Assembly (NCBI GenBank): GCA_027923505.1
Contig: BROI01000014.1
Span: 310,001-374,000, forward strand
Direction of reading: 5' to 3'
Origin: Mayamaea pseudoterrestris
Taxonomy: Eukaryota
DNA: 64,000 bases
The position numbers and the translations under genes are program-made. Under the pieces are notes generated by a model. It ran no database searches. It was not told the DNA's origin and saw only the letters and a list, made by a program, of their open reading frames with translations. The first letter of the stretch is position 1; each line of letters starts with the position of its first letter. Shown piece after piece: positions 10,101-20,352 of the stretch.

Positions 10101-11741
10101 TTAGCAACCTTTAGAATCATTTGACATCCACGATAGAGCTGTATCACATTCTTCCAGCCAAGGACATTTATTAAAAATGAGATGCCATGCTGCTCGAGGC
10201 ACTGTTCCATCATCAGTAGTAAAAGATGACAACAATTGGTACCGCTTGTGATCGTCGCTTCGTATATCGTACACAGCCTCGACCATGGAACGCAAGCGAG
10301 GTAGCACCACCTCGCACCACTGTAACCGATGCTGAAAAATTGGGTCGTCCAGAGAGATTCGACTTATGGACACCGTGAGAGGAGAATACTGTCTAGTTGG
10401 CTTTGTATGACCGCGCACCACGGCGTTTGCTTGCGTTTGTAGCGATTCATCTGTAGCAGTAACTGCTATTTCCACTGACACAACGGCCTGCAGCTCTGTG
10501 GTTTGCTCGACGACGAGAGCGTCGCCAGTGATAGTCACGGGTTGTCCGCTGACAATGTCGTCCTCGCTCGTCACCTCGCTCGATTCGGGCTTTGACACTG
10601 CAAAGCACTCTGTCAATAGTTGCTGTTTCGCTGTAGATGTTTCTTGACTACTTGGTGATGCTGCTGTGTCGTCATTGGTCGCAGTAACCTTCGTGCCTTG
10701 CTGCTCAATCGTAGTCGTCGTTTCTCGTCGCATCACTTGCAGTAAATCTGCATGTTCCGTATCATGCATGAAGCAGTAGGCGACCGTTTGAATTTGCTCG
10801 TACAATGGAGGAACCTTGTGAATGCGATTCATCCGGTGCTTGCATTCCACGACAATGGGTCGAAGGATCCAACTGTCGTCATCTTCATTTTCGGCAGCAG
10901 CATTCTCTGCGAGTTCGTCGCGCAGTCCGTCAATGCTTCCAAGTAGATACAAGAATGGAGGGTCGACCCTGTTTCCTTCATCAACGGCTCCAGTTGCAGG
11001 CGTCTGTCCTTTCTGTTGGTCAAAATCAGATTCGCCGTCATCGTCCGTCAAGTCTATAATCTTTGGTCGTTTTCCTCCGTTGTCGTTACGCTCCTCGTTC
11101 AGTGATTCACTACCCTCTGACCGAGATGCTTGCCGATTGCTACGAAACGCGCAAGTCGCTGGTCCCATTGGTGTCACCGTCGAAACATGATCTTGTTCTA
11201 TTGTTGCAAACGCCCATGATTTCACTTGGGCGTTTCGTTCGCGCACCGGCCAGCCAGTTTGCTGCTCGTAAACATCCAAGGCCGCATCCTCGTGCCACGT
11301 TCCATGCTTGGTGTCGACAGCGCTACGGACTCCTTCCTGCAGTAGCTTGAGCTCAGTTGCCTGCAGCTTTCCAGTCTTTGTGGCTTCCTTGAGCACTTTC
11401 GTCTTGATTACATTCGCTGCTTCCACCGAGTCACTCGTCTTGGTCAATGCTTGTTCGAGCGCTTGTCGAGTGGCCGATCCTGCCTTTTGCGCCACTTGTT
11501 CCAATTGTTGCTGAGGACTGACAATAACTAGTCCCAGTAGCTCCGCGTCTTGCCGCAGCAGCAACTGACCCACCGAGCCTTGGTAGACGAGTTGCTGCAC
11601 GAGTTCTGGGACTTGCTTGTACGGATGAAAACCAACGAGAGCTGCTAAATTTGATACGGATATTCGAAGCGAATGTCGCTGACGCTTGAATGACTCGAGT
11701 TGAGACTCTATGGGGGCTGTCTCGGATGATGGAGGCGCCAT
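10101..11741 (-). CDS. YqaJ-like / lambda-exonuclease family PD-(D/E)xK nuclease
   Basis: ISVSNLAALVGFHPY, GTWHEDAAL, LGSIDGL, VVECKHR and YEQIQTVAY occur in canonical order, with low-complexity inserts. First ATG is 11741. Confidence 0.75.
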   Translation of the reverse strand: MAPPSSETAPIESQLESFKRQRHSLRISVSNLAALVGFHPYKQVPELVQQLVYQGSVGQLLLRQDAELLGLVIVSPQQQLEQVAQKAGSATRQALEQALTKTSDSVEAANVIKTKVLKEATKTGKLQATELKLLQEGVRSAVDTKHGTWHEDAALDVYEQQTGWPVRERNAQVKSWAFATIEQDHVSTVTPMGPATCAFRSNRQASRSEGSESLNEERNDNGGKRPKIIDLTDDDGESDFDQQKGQTPATGAVDEGNRVDPPFLYLLGSIDGLRDELAENAAAENEDDDSWILRPIVVECKHRMNRIHKVPPLYEQIQTVAYCFMHDTEHADLLQVMRRETTTTIEQQGTKVTATNDDTAASPSSQETSTAKQQLLTECFAVSKPESSEVTSEDDIVSGQPVTITGDALVVEQTTELQAVVSVEIAVTATDESLQTQANAVVRGHTKPTRQYSPLTVSISRISLDDPIFQHRLQWCEVVLPRLRSMVEAVYDIRSDDHKRYQLLSSFTTDDGTVPRAAWHLIFNKCPWLEECDTALSWMSNDSKGC

Positions 11742-12183
11742 GGTGATCTGCAACCAATTATGATGGCCGCGTTGATTTCTGGTCGCAGTCAGACCGTATC
11801 TTTTAGTACCGCTACGATACTTAACTACTTCGTTTTGGTCAATATACTTTTGTACTTGCCATGCATTCACAACATCCCAAATGCTCCTTAACCTTACAAC
11901 GATTATATTCTTGGCAAAGGCTACATTTATAAGACGTTGCAATATGCTTATTGAGGCAAAGAAGTGAAAACTGTCAACGTTTCCGGCCTGCCTGCTTGGC
12001 TGTCCACGAATAGCTATGGAGCTCGTATATTCGTCCGAGATACAATAGTGACCAACTAGCTCTTCAATTCAGCAAGCAAGCCTCGCGACAAACTGAACAT
12101 TATTTCAATGCTCCTCCGCTTCCGATAATTTCGACGAAGTAAGACCAAACAAAGAACCAATTCACAATTTTCCGGTAAGCACA

Positions 12184-13506
12184 TCACAATTCATCATGAC
12201 TCTGGCGGAGCACGAATCCATACAAGCTTCCTTTCACCTCTTCTCCCTTCTCCATTCTCGGAACGATATCTTGATAGAAAGCCAAATCATAGCCCGCTCG
12301 TGTTGCCATGGCAACGACATGCTCCTTTGTATGAGCAAACCGTCCAGACGTCATGAGTCGCCACCCTTGCGGAGCTTCCTCTCGAGTGGCTCGTTCGCAT
12401 GAGAAAATTAAATGAGATCCTGGCGTTGATAGACTTGCAAAAGTTGCAAGAATATGCTCGAGTGAACCAAAATACACAAGGACGTCCGCGGCAACAATGA
12501 GATCGAATCCAGGTAGATTGTTGGGCATGGTGCGAAGCGTGTTGTCAAGAGTCATATCGTCAAGATCCAGTGACAAGAGCTTATCATATAACGGGCGAGC
12601 ATCGTCGTCGTCCTCGGGCACCCCGTTTCGCATTGTCACGTCAGCGCCGCATCCAATTAGCCTCGTGCAATTGGCGGCAATCTCCAGCATCTTTTGCGAA
12701 ACGTCAACACCAATCAACGCATCAGATACCAAAGGGCGCAAGTACCGTCCCACCAAGCCTGTTCCGCATCCGGCGTCCAGCGCGGCCGTGTACTGCTTGC
12801 CGCTGTTTTGCTCGTCCATCATTGTCGTGGCAGCATGGCCCACGAGCTGCGGCACGTTGTACTGAAGCTGGCCGAGCTTTTCGTCAAACGAGTCGGCGAA
12901 ACTATCGAAAAGCTCCGCAACAAATTCCTTGGGCTTGCGCTTGTGTCCGGAACCACTGATTTCTGTAAGGCTGTCGAGGAGTTTCGAGGCTTGGGCGTTG
13001 GATGCATCGAGCGAGACGGCATTTCGAAGCGAGTTTTCGGCATTCTCAAGACACAGAGCGTTTGACGCTGGTTGATCCTGTGTTTTATCAATGGATTCTG
13101 CTCCGATGAGTAGCGTATGCGGATCTAAAGCAAGTTGAATGCAATCTTTCGGTGAAAGCCATGACAATGTCTTGCCGTATGCTTCATAAAGCTTGGAGAG
13201 CGCTTGGTCTCGTTCCGTATCGCTGTGATCATGACCATTGAATATATGCCGCTCGATAGTAAGAATGCTTTCCTCAATTCCTCCTATAACTTCTAGTCGA
13301 TTCTCAGACTCGGCAAACTGATTAACAAGCATGTCAGCTAGCTCCAGCCAAGGGTCCCAGTTTCGTCGTCGACCGTCGCTCTGCCATTGAGCGGTAGCTC
13401 TACGAAGCAGTGTCTCCGGAGATTCTCCTTCTTCGTGACAGCGCACATATCTAAAACATATGGAAGGTACGGTGAGACATAAAATTGCTGTTGCTAAAGG
13501 TCTCAT
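12184..13506 (-). CDS. SAM-dependent methyltransferase (COG4976-like, TPR-like helical N-terminus) with signal peptide and C-terminal HDEL
   Basis: LFDSFADSFDEKL...Y, LDAGCGTG, GVDVSQKML, FDLIVAADVLVYFG and SGRFAH. Hydrophobic N-terminal leader. Ends SHDEL*. Confidence 0.85.
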   Translation of the reverse strand: MRPLATAILCLTVPSICFRYVRCHEEGESPETLLRRATAQWQSDGRRRNWDPWLELADMLVNQFAESENRLEVIGGIEESILTIERHIFNGHDHSDTERDQALSKLYEAYGKTLSWLSPKDCIQLALDPHTLLIGAESIDKTQDQPASNALCLENAENSLRNAVSLDASNAQASKLLDSLTEISGSGHKRKPKEFVAELFDSFADSFDEKLGQLQYNVPQLVGHAATTMMDEQNSGKQYTAALDAGCGTGLVGRYLRPLVSDALIGVDVSQKMLEIAANCTRLIGCGADVTMRNGVPEDDDDARPLYDKLLSLDLDDMTLDNTLRTMPNNLPGFDLIVAADVLVYFGSLEHILATFASLSTPGSHLIFSCERATREEAPQGWRLMTSGRFAHTKEHVVAMATRAGYDLAFYQDIVPRMEKGEEVKGSLYGFVLRQSHDEL

Positions 13507-13778
13507 TCTTAACAGTGTTGCGATGAAGGATGATGCGTGCTGTGGCTTGGCATGAATCGAAGAAACGACGCGTCGCGATGATGTTCAGTACCGGAGCGAC
13601 TATATCTTGCCCGGCTGGCGCGCGCTTCCCCACAAATTCTGTGGGACGCCATGGCGCAACGGTCCATTTTGGACGATTTAGGCCGCCCATCAACATTGTT
13701 TCATCGTCAAATCACGTGCGGAGGAGCATGATGTCATGCCCAGTGACCAACTTTTTAGTTTCTTCGTGAACATTCACC

Positions 13779-15005
13779 ATGAACACCATGCGACTGCTGC
13801 ATCTCGTTTCGTCGTTCCTGCTGCTTGCAGCGTCGCCCTCGATTTCTGCCGCTGTCCAAATCATTGAGGATGAAGCACCTTCCGAGGACGAAACCGTTAC
13901 ACAACTTGACTGGAGGCTCGATCCCAAACTAAGCTACAGTGACTATGCATTGGAGATAATCTCGGTTTCTGAAGGCGCAAATGCTGGTGCTCGCAAGAAG
14001 CGCCGCACATTGTATAATGTTCACAAAAACATTCTCAGCGTAGGCGTCAAAAAGAGCGACTACTTTGCCAAACTCTTTCAACAAAAGAGTCCCGAACCAA
14101 CCCCGATAGAGCTTCCAAAACTAGCAGCTGATCGAGTTCCCATCATGCTCGACTACATTTATGGCTTAAACGGTGGAGATCCCCTCCAACTCACGACAGA
14201 AACTGCTTCAGCTTTGTATTACCTTGGTGAAGTCTTTCAAGTTCGGAAACTTGTATGGGAAGCAAGGAACTTTTGGCAGAAGAATTTGCTAGAGAACAGT
14301 GCCAATTACCTCATCTACTATGAACATGCCAAATTACTTGGCCTTGAACCCATTCTCCAAGCAGTTGCCCGCGTCCGTGCCTTTCAATTGCTCCAGCGAC
14401 AGACACCGGAAAAAATCATGCAAATGGCCAATCCAGAGTTTTGGCTGCAAGTCTTGCAGATTACCTTGACGGAGAGTGACGGAATCTTCATGTCAAACGC
14501 AGTTTCACTGCACGCTAGTACGCTAACGGCTCGCATTTGCAGTCGAAGTCGCGACATGGATGAACAATTGTTTCTGCAAATTACCGATGCCAAGTACTTG
14601 CCCCGCTTGGATCCCCAAGCCGCAAGAACCTTGTTGGAACTTGAAGAGATTATAGTCAAGTCGAAAAAGCCCGACAAACTAACATCGTTGCAGGATCGCT
14701 GCATGGATGCACTGACGGATGCTTGGCAAGCCGGCACGTGGACGTCGGAAGCCTTTCTCAAGACGAGGAGTCCGTTGTTGCTTCGCGAATTGCTGACGCG
14801 ATCCTTGGCCAAGGCACGCTTGGCACTGGTGCAGCAGGAGAAGCAAACGACGGAAGCGTTAACGGCTGGTCGTCGCCAGCAAATCATCATGGAGAAGGAA
14901 CTACGTATTGCCAAGGATGTACAATCTGATTTGGAGCGGCAATTGAGTGAAAGCAAGCGAGTGCAACGGAAACTGGCAGCAGGAGTGATTGCGCCAGACT
15001 TATGA
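13779..15005 (+). CDS. BTB/POZ domain protein with apparent signal peptide and C-terminal coiled coil
   Basis: YSDYALEI...YNVHKNIL...SDYFAKLF...PIMLDYIY...ALYYLGEVF BTB pattern. N-terminus MRLLHLVSSFLLLAASPSISA. Confidence 0.8.
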   Translation: MNTMRLLHLVSSFLLLAASPSISAAVQIIEDEAPSEDETVTQLDWRLDPKLSYSDYALEIISVSEGANAGARKKRRTLYNVHKNILSVGVKKSDYFAKLFQQKSPEPTPIELPKLAADRVPIMLDYIYGLNGGDPLQLTTETASALYYLGEVFQVRKLVWEARNFWQKNLLENSANYLIYYEHAKLLGLEPILQAVARVRAFQLLQRQTPEKIMQMANPEFWLQVLQITLTESDGIFMSNAVSLHASTLTARICSRSRDMDEQLFLQITDAKYLPRLDPQAARTLLELEEIIVKSKKPDKLTSLQDRCMDALTDAWQAGTWTSEAFLKTRSPLLLRELLTRSLAKARLALVQQEKQTTEALTAGRRQQIIMEKELRIAKDVQSDLERQLSESKRVQRKLAAGVIAPDL

Positions 15006-15739
15006 AGCCAATCCACAAGGGCTGTCTCTGCGGTCGAAAGTCGACAAGATGCGGCAATAGACAGTCCTTGTGGTAAATCAGAAACGAGAATCTCAAGTCT
15101 GGTCGCTGATGCCGATGCTTTGCTGAAGCAGGTGGCTGACGAACAACAAGAGATATCGTTGGGCCTTTGTATTCCAGCAAAATAATTGTAACCTGCTAAC
15201 TTTGAATATCCAATTACTTACAATATATCAGGGTTTGCGTTTTTGATTATATAGCCCGCCAAGATCCAGAAAGAAAACCTCGGTTAAAGAAACTGTTGAA
15301 TGACTTTAGTAAGGTTCACCGAGGTGAGACTGGCGTGGATGTCTTCGAATCTTACCACATTGCGGAGAATGGGCTTGGGTAGTTTGTTAATGTGTACTTT
15401 AGCCTAAAATTAGAGCTTACAAAGCACTTGCTTTCCGTCATTGCAAAGCCAATTTTTTTGCCGCCTAGTTTGTGTACCGGAGCGACGTGCCAAGAAACGC
15501 GGCACATCCCATTGCTCTCATCACAATGGGGTCCGCTGCGCTGCGTTGCGTCGCATCTATCTGTAGTCAATTCTTCACATCAACTCATACTGTACCTGTG
15601 TTCATTTGATTACTCTATCCTTCATAAATCAGCATTCACCGTGCAGTGCAGACGATCTGTAATTCTGTCATCTGAAGACTCAGTCATCCAGCAGCAGCAA
15701 AGTTGTTCATTTTCATTGTGTTCGTCGCTTTGAAACGTA

Positions 15740-17260
15740 ATGGACAATAATGACAAGTTTAACGATCAGCAGCAGCAGCAGCAGCAGCAAGACAGTTCAA
15801 TAGCAATAGATGCTTCCAGTGAGGTTGCTTTGCCCAAGGAGCAGCAGCAATACGCTCCAGGGACACACGTTTTCAATAGCACAACTGAGGATGAGCAGCT
15901 GCTTAAGAAGGACAAGGACCGCGCGGCAGCTAAAACTCCGGCGCTTACAAAACAAGATCCCATTGTAACCAATAATTGCAGCACGAACGACGTTCATAAA
16001 GCTACAGTAGGCGCTTCAGGTTCAGTTGTGGAAGCTGCTCCCCAGACGGCAGCTGCTGCAAGTCCAAGCAAAGGAAATTCAAAGACAGACTATGCCACTC
16101 CCTTGGAAATGTTACGAAAGATTCAAATTGTAAACTTGGTTTGTGCAGAAACCATGCCTGTCTTTAAAGACAAGACGCTTCCCATTCCAGTTCCCAAAAT
16201 TGTAGAAGCTCCTGCCACTCGAAACGCTGCGAATCTTTCGATGCCCCGTCGCCGCAAATACTCCAAGCGACACATTGATCCGCTATCAGCTGGATATTCA
16301 ACGATGAATGAAAAGCGATTAAAGACTTTACCAGCAACAACGACGACAACTTCCAATCTCGCTTCCACTCCAGTCCGAGCCAATACAACGGCGGCACGCG
16401 CCGCCAAGGGGCCGGAGAAGCAAACTGCTCTCGAAGTCTTGTTTCTGGAAAAGTACGGGCCCTACTTGACCTACAACTGGGACGAACTACAGCTCGGAAC
16501 TGTCAATGGATCTGTGGCGTGGAACCAAGCATTAAAGGAAAAGTTGCGTAATGATCCTTCATTGAAGAGTGTTCCGCAAATGACACCGGTGGATGCGCTG
16601 CAGTGGGTGCAGCGACTGCAAATGCAGTTTGATACGATACCTCCTTGTGAAGCGTCGGATTTGAGAAAACTGGTGGCAAACTACAAATGGGTCAACGAGC
16701 GAGAGTTATTCAAGGAAGCGGCGGCAGCCAAGAATAGTGCAAAGGGCGCGAGCGACAAGCAGGGAGCAAGTAATTCTCATAAACAAGCTGCGGCAAAGTT
16801 GGCGGCAAACTACAAGTGGGTCAATGAGCGAGAGTTATTCAAGGAAGCGGCAGCAGCCGAGAATAGTGCCAAGGGCGCGAGCGACAAGCAGGGAGCGACT
16901 AAATCTCATAAACAAGCTGCGGCAAAGTTGGCGGCGCGAACGAGTGGTGTATTGCCAGCGGTCGCAGCATTTGTTGCGAAATCGAAGGCTGCTGCCAGTC
17001 AGCAGCCGACTCCTGCAGCAGTCAAGCCAGTAGCAGCAGAAGACAAGTTTATGAGACTTGTCTCTCGCGCGTTTCAGGATTGCTTGCTGCAGGACGTTAC
17101 CGACTTTCGCCCAGAGTACCAATGTATGCGTCCGTCGGATCTGATTGAGCGCATGAGAATGGTGGAGCAACGAGCGGCGGCGCTGCATGAGCGAGGCCTA
17201 AAGGCAACTCGTGAAAGCCACAACATTGGACTATGGGAAGAGGTTGGTCACAAAATATAG
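15740..17260 (+). CDS. Hypothetical low-complexity protein (polyQ, basic NLS-like PRRRKYSKR, internal 43-aa duplication)
   Basis: 506-aa ATG ORF with a CAG tract and an in-frame 129-bp duplication. Confidence 0.7.
   Translation: MDNNDKFNDQQQQQQQQDSSIAIDASSEVALPKEQQQYAPGTHVFNSTTEDEQLLKKDKDRAAAKTPALTKQDPIVTNNCSTNDVHKATVGASGSVVEAAPQTAAAASPSKGNSKTDYATPLEMLRKIQIVNLVCAETMPVFKDKTLPIPVPKIVEAPATRNAANLSMPRRRKYSKRHIDPLSAGYSTMNEKRLKTLPATTTTTSNLASTPVRANTTAARAAKGPEKQTALEVLFLEKYGPYLTYNWDELQLGTVNGSVAWNQALKEKLRNDPSLKSVPQMTPVDALQWVQRLQMQFDTIPPCEASDLRKLVANYKWVNERELFKEAAAAKNSAKGASDKQGASNSHKQAAAKLAANYKWVNERELFKEAAAAENSAKGASDKQGATKSHKQAAAKLAARTSGVLPAVAAFVAKSKAAASQQPTPAAVKPVAAEDKFMRLVSRAFQDCLLQDVTDFRPEYQCMRPSDLIERMRMVEQRAAALHERGLKATRESHNIGLWEEVGHKI
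16676..16933 (+). repeat. In-frame tandem duplication, 2 x 129 bp (43 aa)
   Basis: ANYKWVNERELFKEAAAA.NSAKGASDKQGA..SHKQAAAKLA starts at 16676 and 16805. Confidence 0.95.
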
Positions 17261-17447
17261 TGATGACTTTACAGGTTTACACACTTTCGATTGTAAATGT
17301 TACTAGCGGTTTAATAAGATCAAGTAGAAGCGATGACGGCAGCGCTTGCGCCGCCAGTCTTCCCGGTTTCCATCTTTTTAAATTAGATACCGGTAGGCAT
17401 CACCGCTCTTGAACTTGATATTTATATGCACAAAATGATCAGTTTCG

Positions 17448-18320
17448 TTACACTAGCGCCGACCCATCTGGAGCTGGGACATATCCCTCCTCCTGCACAG
17501 ATGCATCCGTCGTAGCAGCTTCCTTTTTTGACTTTCGCCTCCTTCGCTTTAGCAGCGGCAGCAAAGGCTTGACCATGATTTTGAACATTTTGCTCTTGAT
17601 CTTTGGACGTTTTCGGCGCTGCTTGAGTGCATCATCGTCGTCGTTTGCAATTGGTTCGTTTGCATCGCTGGCGTTTGCATCATGATTGGTAAGCATCAAC
17701 ACATGTTCCCTCCAGTCTCCCACAAAGGATCGATACTCGCTCACCACGGCATCGTAGGCAGCGTGTATGTAGGGATGCAAGGCGCGCCTATGAATGACAT
17801 CCGTCTGAATGAACCAAACGAGCGAGGCAAAGAGCAAAAAGATAAATAACCAAAAGGTTCCAAGCACCAAGTGATATGCTGCTGGAAGAGCAAACAGTGT
17901 CAAGATACAAGCTGGTACCAAGAGAAACAACAAATAGGTCAAGGCCATGCGAACTGAATGCGTTGGCGATTGATTCCGAATGATTTGCTCCACCGTGTCA
18001 TTTTCGTGGAGAGAAACAGTGTCGTCGTCAACGTCACGGTGCTTGTCAAATGATGTTCTTGCAGTATCAAGTGGTAGACCTGGCTTCTCCATGGTTTCGT
18101 CAGCTAGTATATCGTGGCCTTGATGCTTGAAATCTGATGCAGTCGGCGAATGCTCGTTGACGCTCGTCGTGCCAATGTCATTCATGCATGTCGAAGGGAC
18201 TTGCTCTTCATCGGCATGAGGACTAATAGTTGCGGGCAGCTCATCGGCAGGATAATCAGTTTCGTCATAGTCCTCCTCCATGCCGTTACTCGACATTCTC
18301 CTCGAGTTTGCGTCCTCCAT
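17448..18320 (-). CDS. Hypothetical membrane protein (2 TM hairpin, acidic N-terminus, basic C-terminus)
   Basis: Hydrophobic block MALTYLLFLLVPACILTLF...FWLFIFLLFASLVWFI. Probable start 18320 (ORF is open from 18434). Confidence 0.7.
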   Translation of the reverse strand: MEDANSRRMSSNGMEEDYDETDYPADELPATISPHADEEQVPSTCMNDIGTTSVNEHSPTASDFKHQGHDILADETMEKPGLPLDTARTSFDKHRDVDDDTVSLHENDTVEQIIRNQSPTHSVRMALTYLLFLLVPACILTLFALPAAYHLVLGTFWLFIFLLFASLVWFIQTDVIHRRALHPYIHAAYDAVVSEYRSFVGDWREHVLMLTNHDANASDANEPIANDDDDALKQRRKRPKIKSKMFKIMVKPLLPLLKRRRRKSKKEAATTDASVQEEGYVPAPDGSALV

Positions 18321-18851
18321 GGTTGTCAACAGAGTGATCAAAGGTCCATTGAAGGAAACGGGGGGGCATCGAATTTCGTTCCAAATTTCGAAGGCGACAA
18401 AATCTGCGATGGGGCGCGCCGGCGCGCGTCGCATGAGAAAAAAGACCCGGAGATTGCTACCTGACTACTTCTTGGCTAAAGTTTGCTTGACTTGCCTATG
18501 TGGAATGGCAAGAAACAAGTCAAGCGGCCTGGTTTGTCTATTGCAAGCCACCAAATGATCTTATATATACTGAGTATAGTATTCCTCTAGCAGAGCGGTG
18601 GACGGTGGCACAAGCACGCATGCAGGCTACAGCTGTCAGCCGTAACGGTGCAAGCTTTACTAAAAGCGACTTGCCTATATTATCGATTCTAGCATCTTAA
18701 ACTACCGGTGTGTTACATTGTCCAACTTTATTTAATCTATGGTATGTATAAAAACGACCCCTTGTCGTGTGGAAGAAGTACAAATACATTTACGTCCGCA
18801 CCACCTGTGCTCTTCCCATTGACATTGTATCTATTGCAGAGGACCAACAAC

Positions 18852-20026
18852 CTACGCATCCTGAAACCGCTCCTGCGGACTCGTCTGATCTTTGGACAAG
18901 CTGTCGTGCGCACTCATGGGACTATCCGGCTCGAAGACATCCTCCTCGTGCTCCATCGAGTCGGCATTCGCCGCTGCCATGCGACGGCGCTCCTTGCTCG
19001 CGTAGCGGTTGCGGCCCGCCACCACGACGCCGACAATGATTAGCAAGCCGCCGACGGCCATGCCAACCAATGGTGCGGCGCCGAGTCCACTGGACTGCGC
19101 CTCAAGGTTTTGCGTTGGATTGGACGCGGCGGCAGCCGCAGCCGACTGGTCTCCAGTATCTCGAGGCGAAATAAAGTCGAAACATCCATCGTCAAAGCAG
19201 TCGTCGTTGGGAGTTGTCAGGCTGACTGGTGCCGGCACTGGAACCGGAGCTCTGGTGACGACTCGAACTGGTGCTGGCGTAACGCGAGCCACTGGAGCTG
19301 GCGTCGGTCGTCTAGTTGGAGGCCGTGCCGTTGGAATTTGTACAGGTGCAGCAGCGACTGGTCTCGGAGTAGGCCTTGGCGTTTGTGATGCAGCCACGGG
19401 CGACGGCGTTGGCGGTCGTACTGGAGGTAGAGTTGGCAGTGGAATTGGAGCTGGATTGGCTGCTCCTGGCGATGTCACTGGAGAGCTAACGACTGGTGCA
19501 GCATTGCTGACTGGACTACTCGTTGCAGCTGCTACAGGCATGCTTGTCGGCGATAAAGTTGGAAGAAAATTTCGATCACCAACCACAAAGACTGTAGGAG
19601 CGCTCGTCACTGGACTTTGGGTCGGAATGACTGGTGGTGCGGTGGCTGTGATACTTGGTGAAGGAACGTAGTTGCCATTGTTGAGTGCAGCAAGCGATGT
19701 TGGCGTCGGAAAGGCCGTCATTGCTCCAGAAAAGGTTGGGACTAAATCATTTTCCGTTTCCGGAGGAGCTGTCGGATGTACGCCGCTAGCGCTGCCAGTA
19801 CCTAGTGCAAGATCTGCAATAAGCGAGTTGAATCGATCAATGTGAGTGATACGAGTCGGAACCATGGTTGCATCGTCCAAGGCAAGGTGCTTGTCTCGTC
19901 GTCCACCAACGCACCTTCGTCACAGTCGCACAGAATTCGTTCGGGATTCTCTTGATTTATTGTTTGCTCTTGTCCAGAGACTGGCAGCATCCAGAGTGCA
20001 AAGGCAATAAAAGGCTTCATTATCAT
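18852..20026 (-). CDS. Type I membrane protein: signal peptide, RXL motif, Pro/Thr-rich mucin-like stalk, TM, acidic cytosolic tail
   Basis: Exon 1 20026-19915 (MIMKPFIAFALWMLPVSG...PERILCDCDE). Intron 19914-19814 (GTGCGT...CTCAC...TTGCAG, 101 nt) joins in frame to the 18852-19880 ORF. TM GAAPLVGMAVGGLLIIVGVVVAG. Confidence 0.8.
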
Positions 20027-20352
20027 GGTGGTTTTGTCCTCGATAGCCTCACCAAAAATGACATTATGTGCATCAACTTTCAAATCGATTTGGTTTGTAA
20101 GTATGAAACGTGTTCATTCTGCCGGCGCGCATCGTTCGTTATTTCTGCATGATGCGAATGAGCCTGCCGCGCCAATAGTATCGGAAAAACGTCATCGTTG
20201 GATCGGATGGAACCAATCGCGCGACTATCCTCTCGCAGTTTTAGTTGGCATAGCTGAAACTACTCAAAAGATATAAGTTGCTGAATTTATTGCTGAACCT
20301 ATTGCATCCAGTATCAAGGTAGAGCAATAGAGCTTAAAAATGCTATACCATA

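Noticed and set aside
19009..19671. 220-aa Gly/Val-rich + strand ORF
   Set aside because: Antisense shadow of the Pro/Thr-rich gene.
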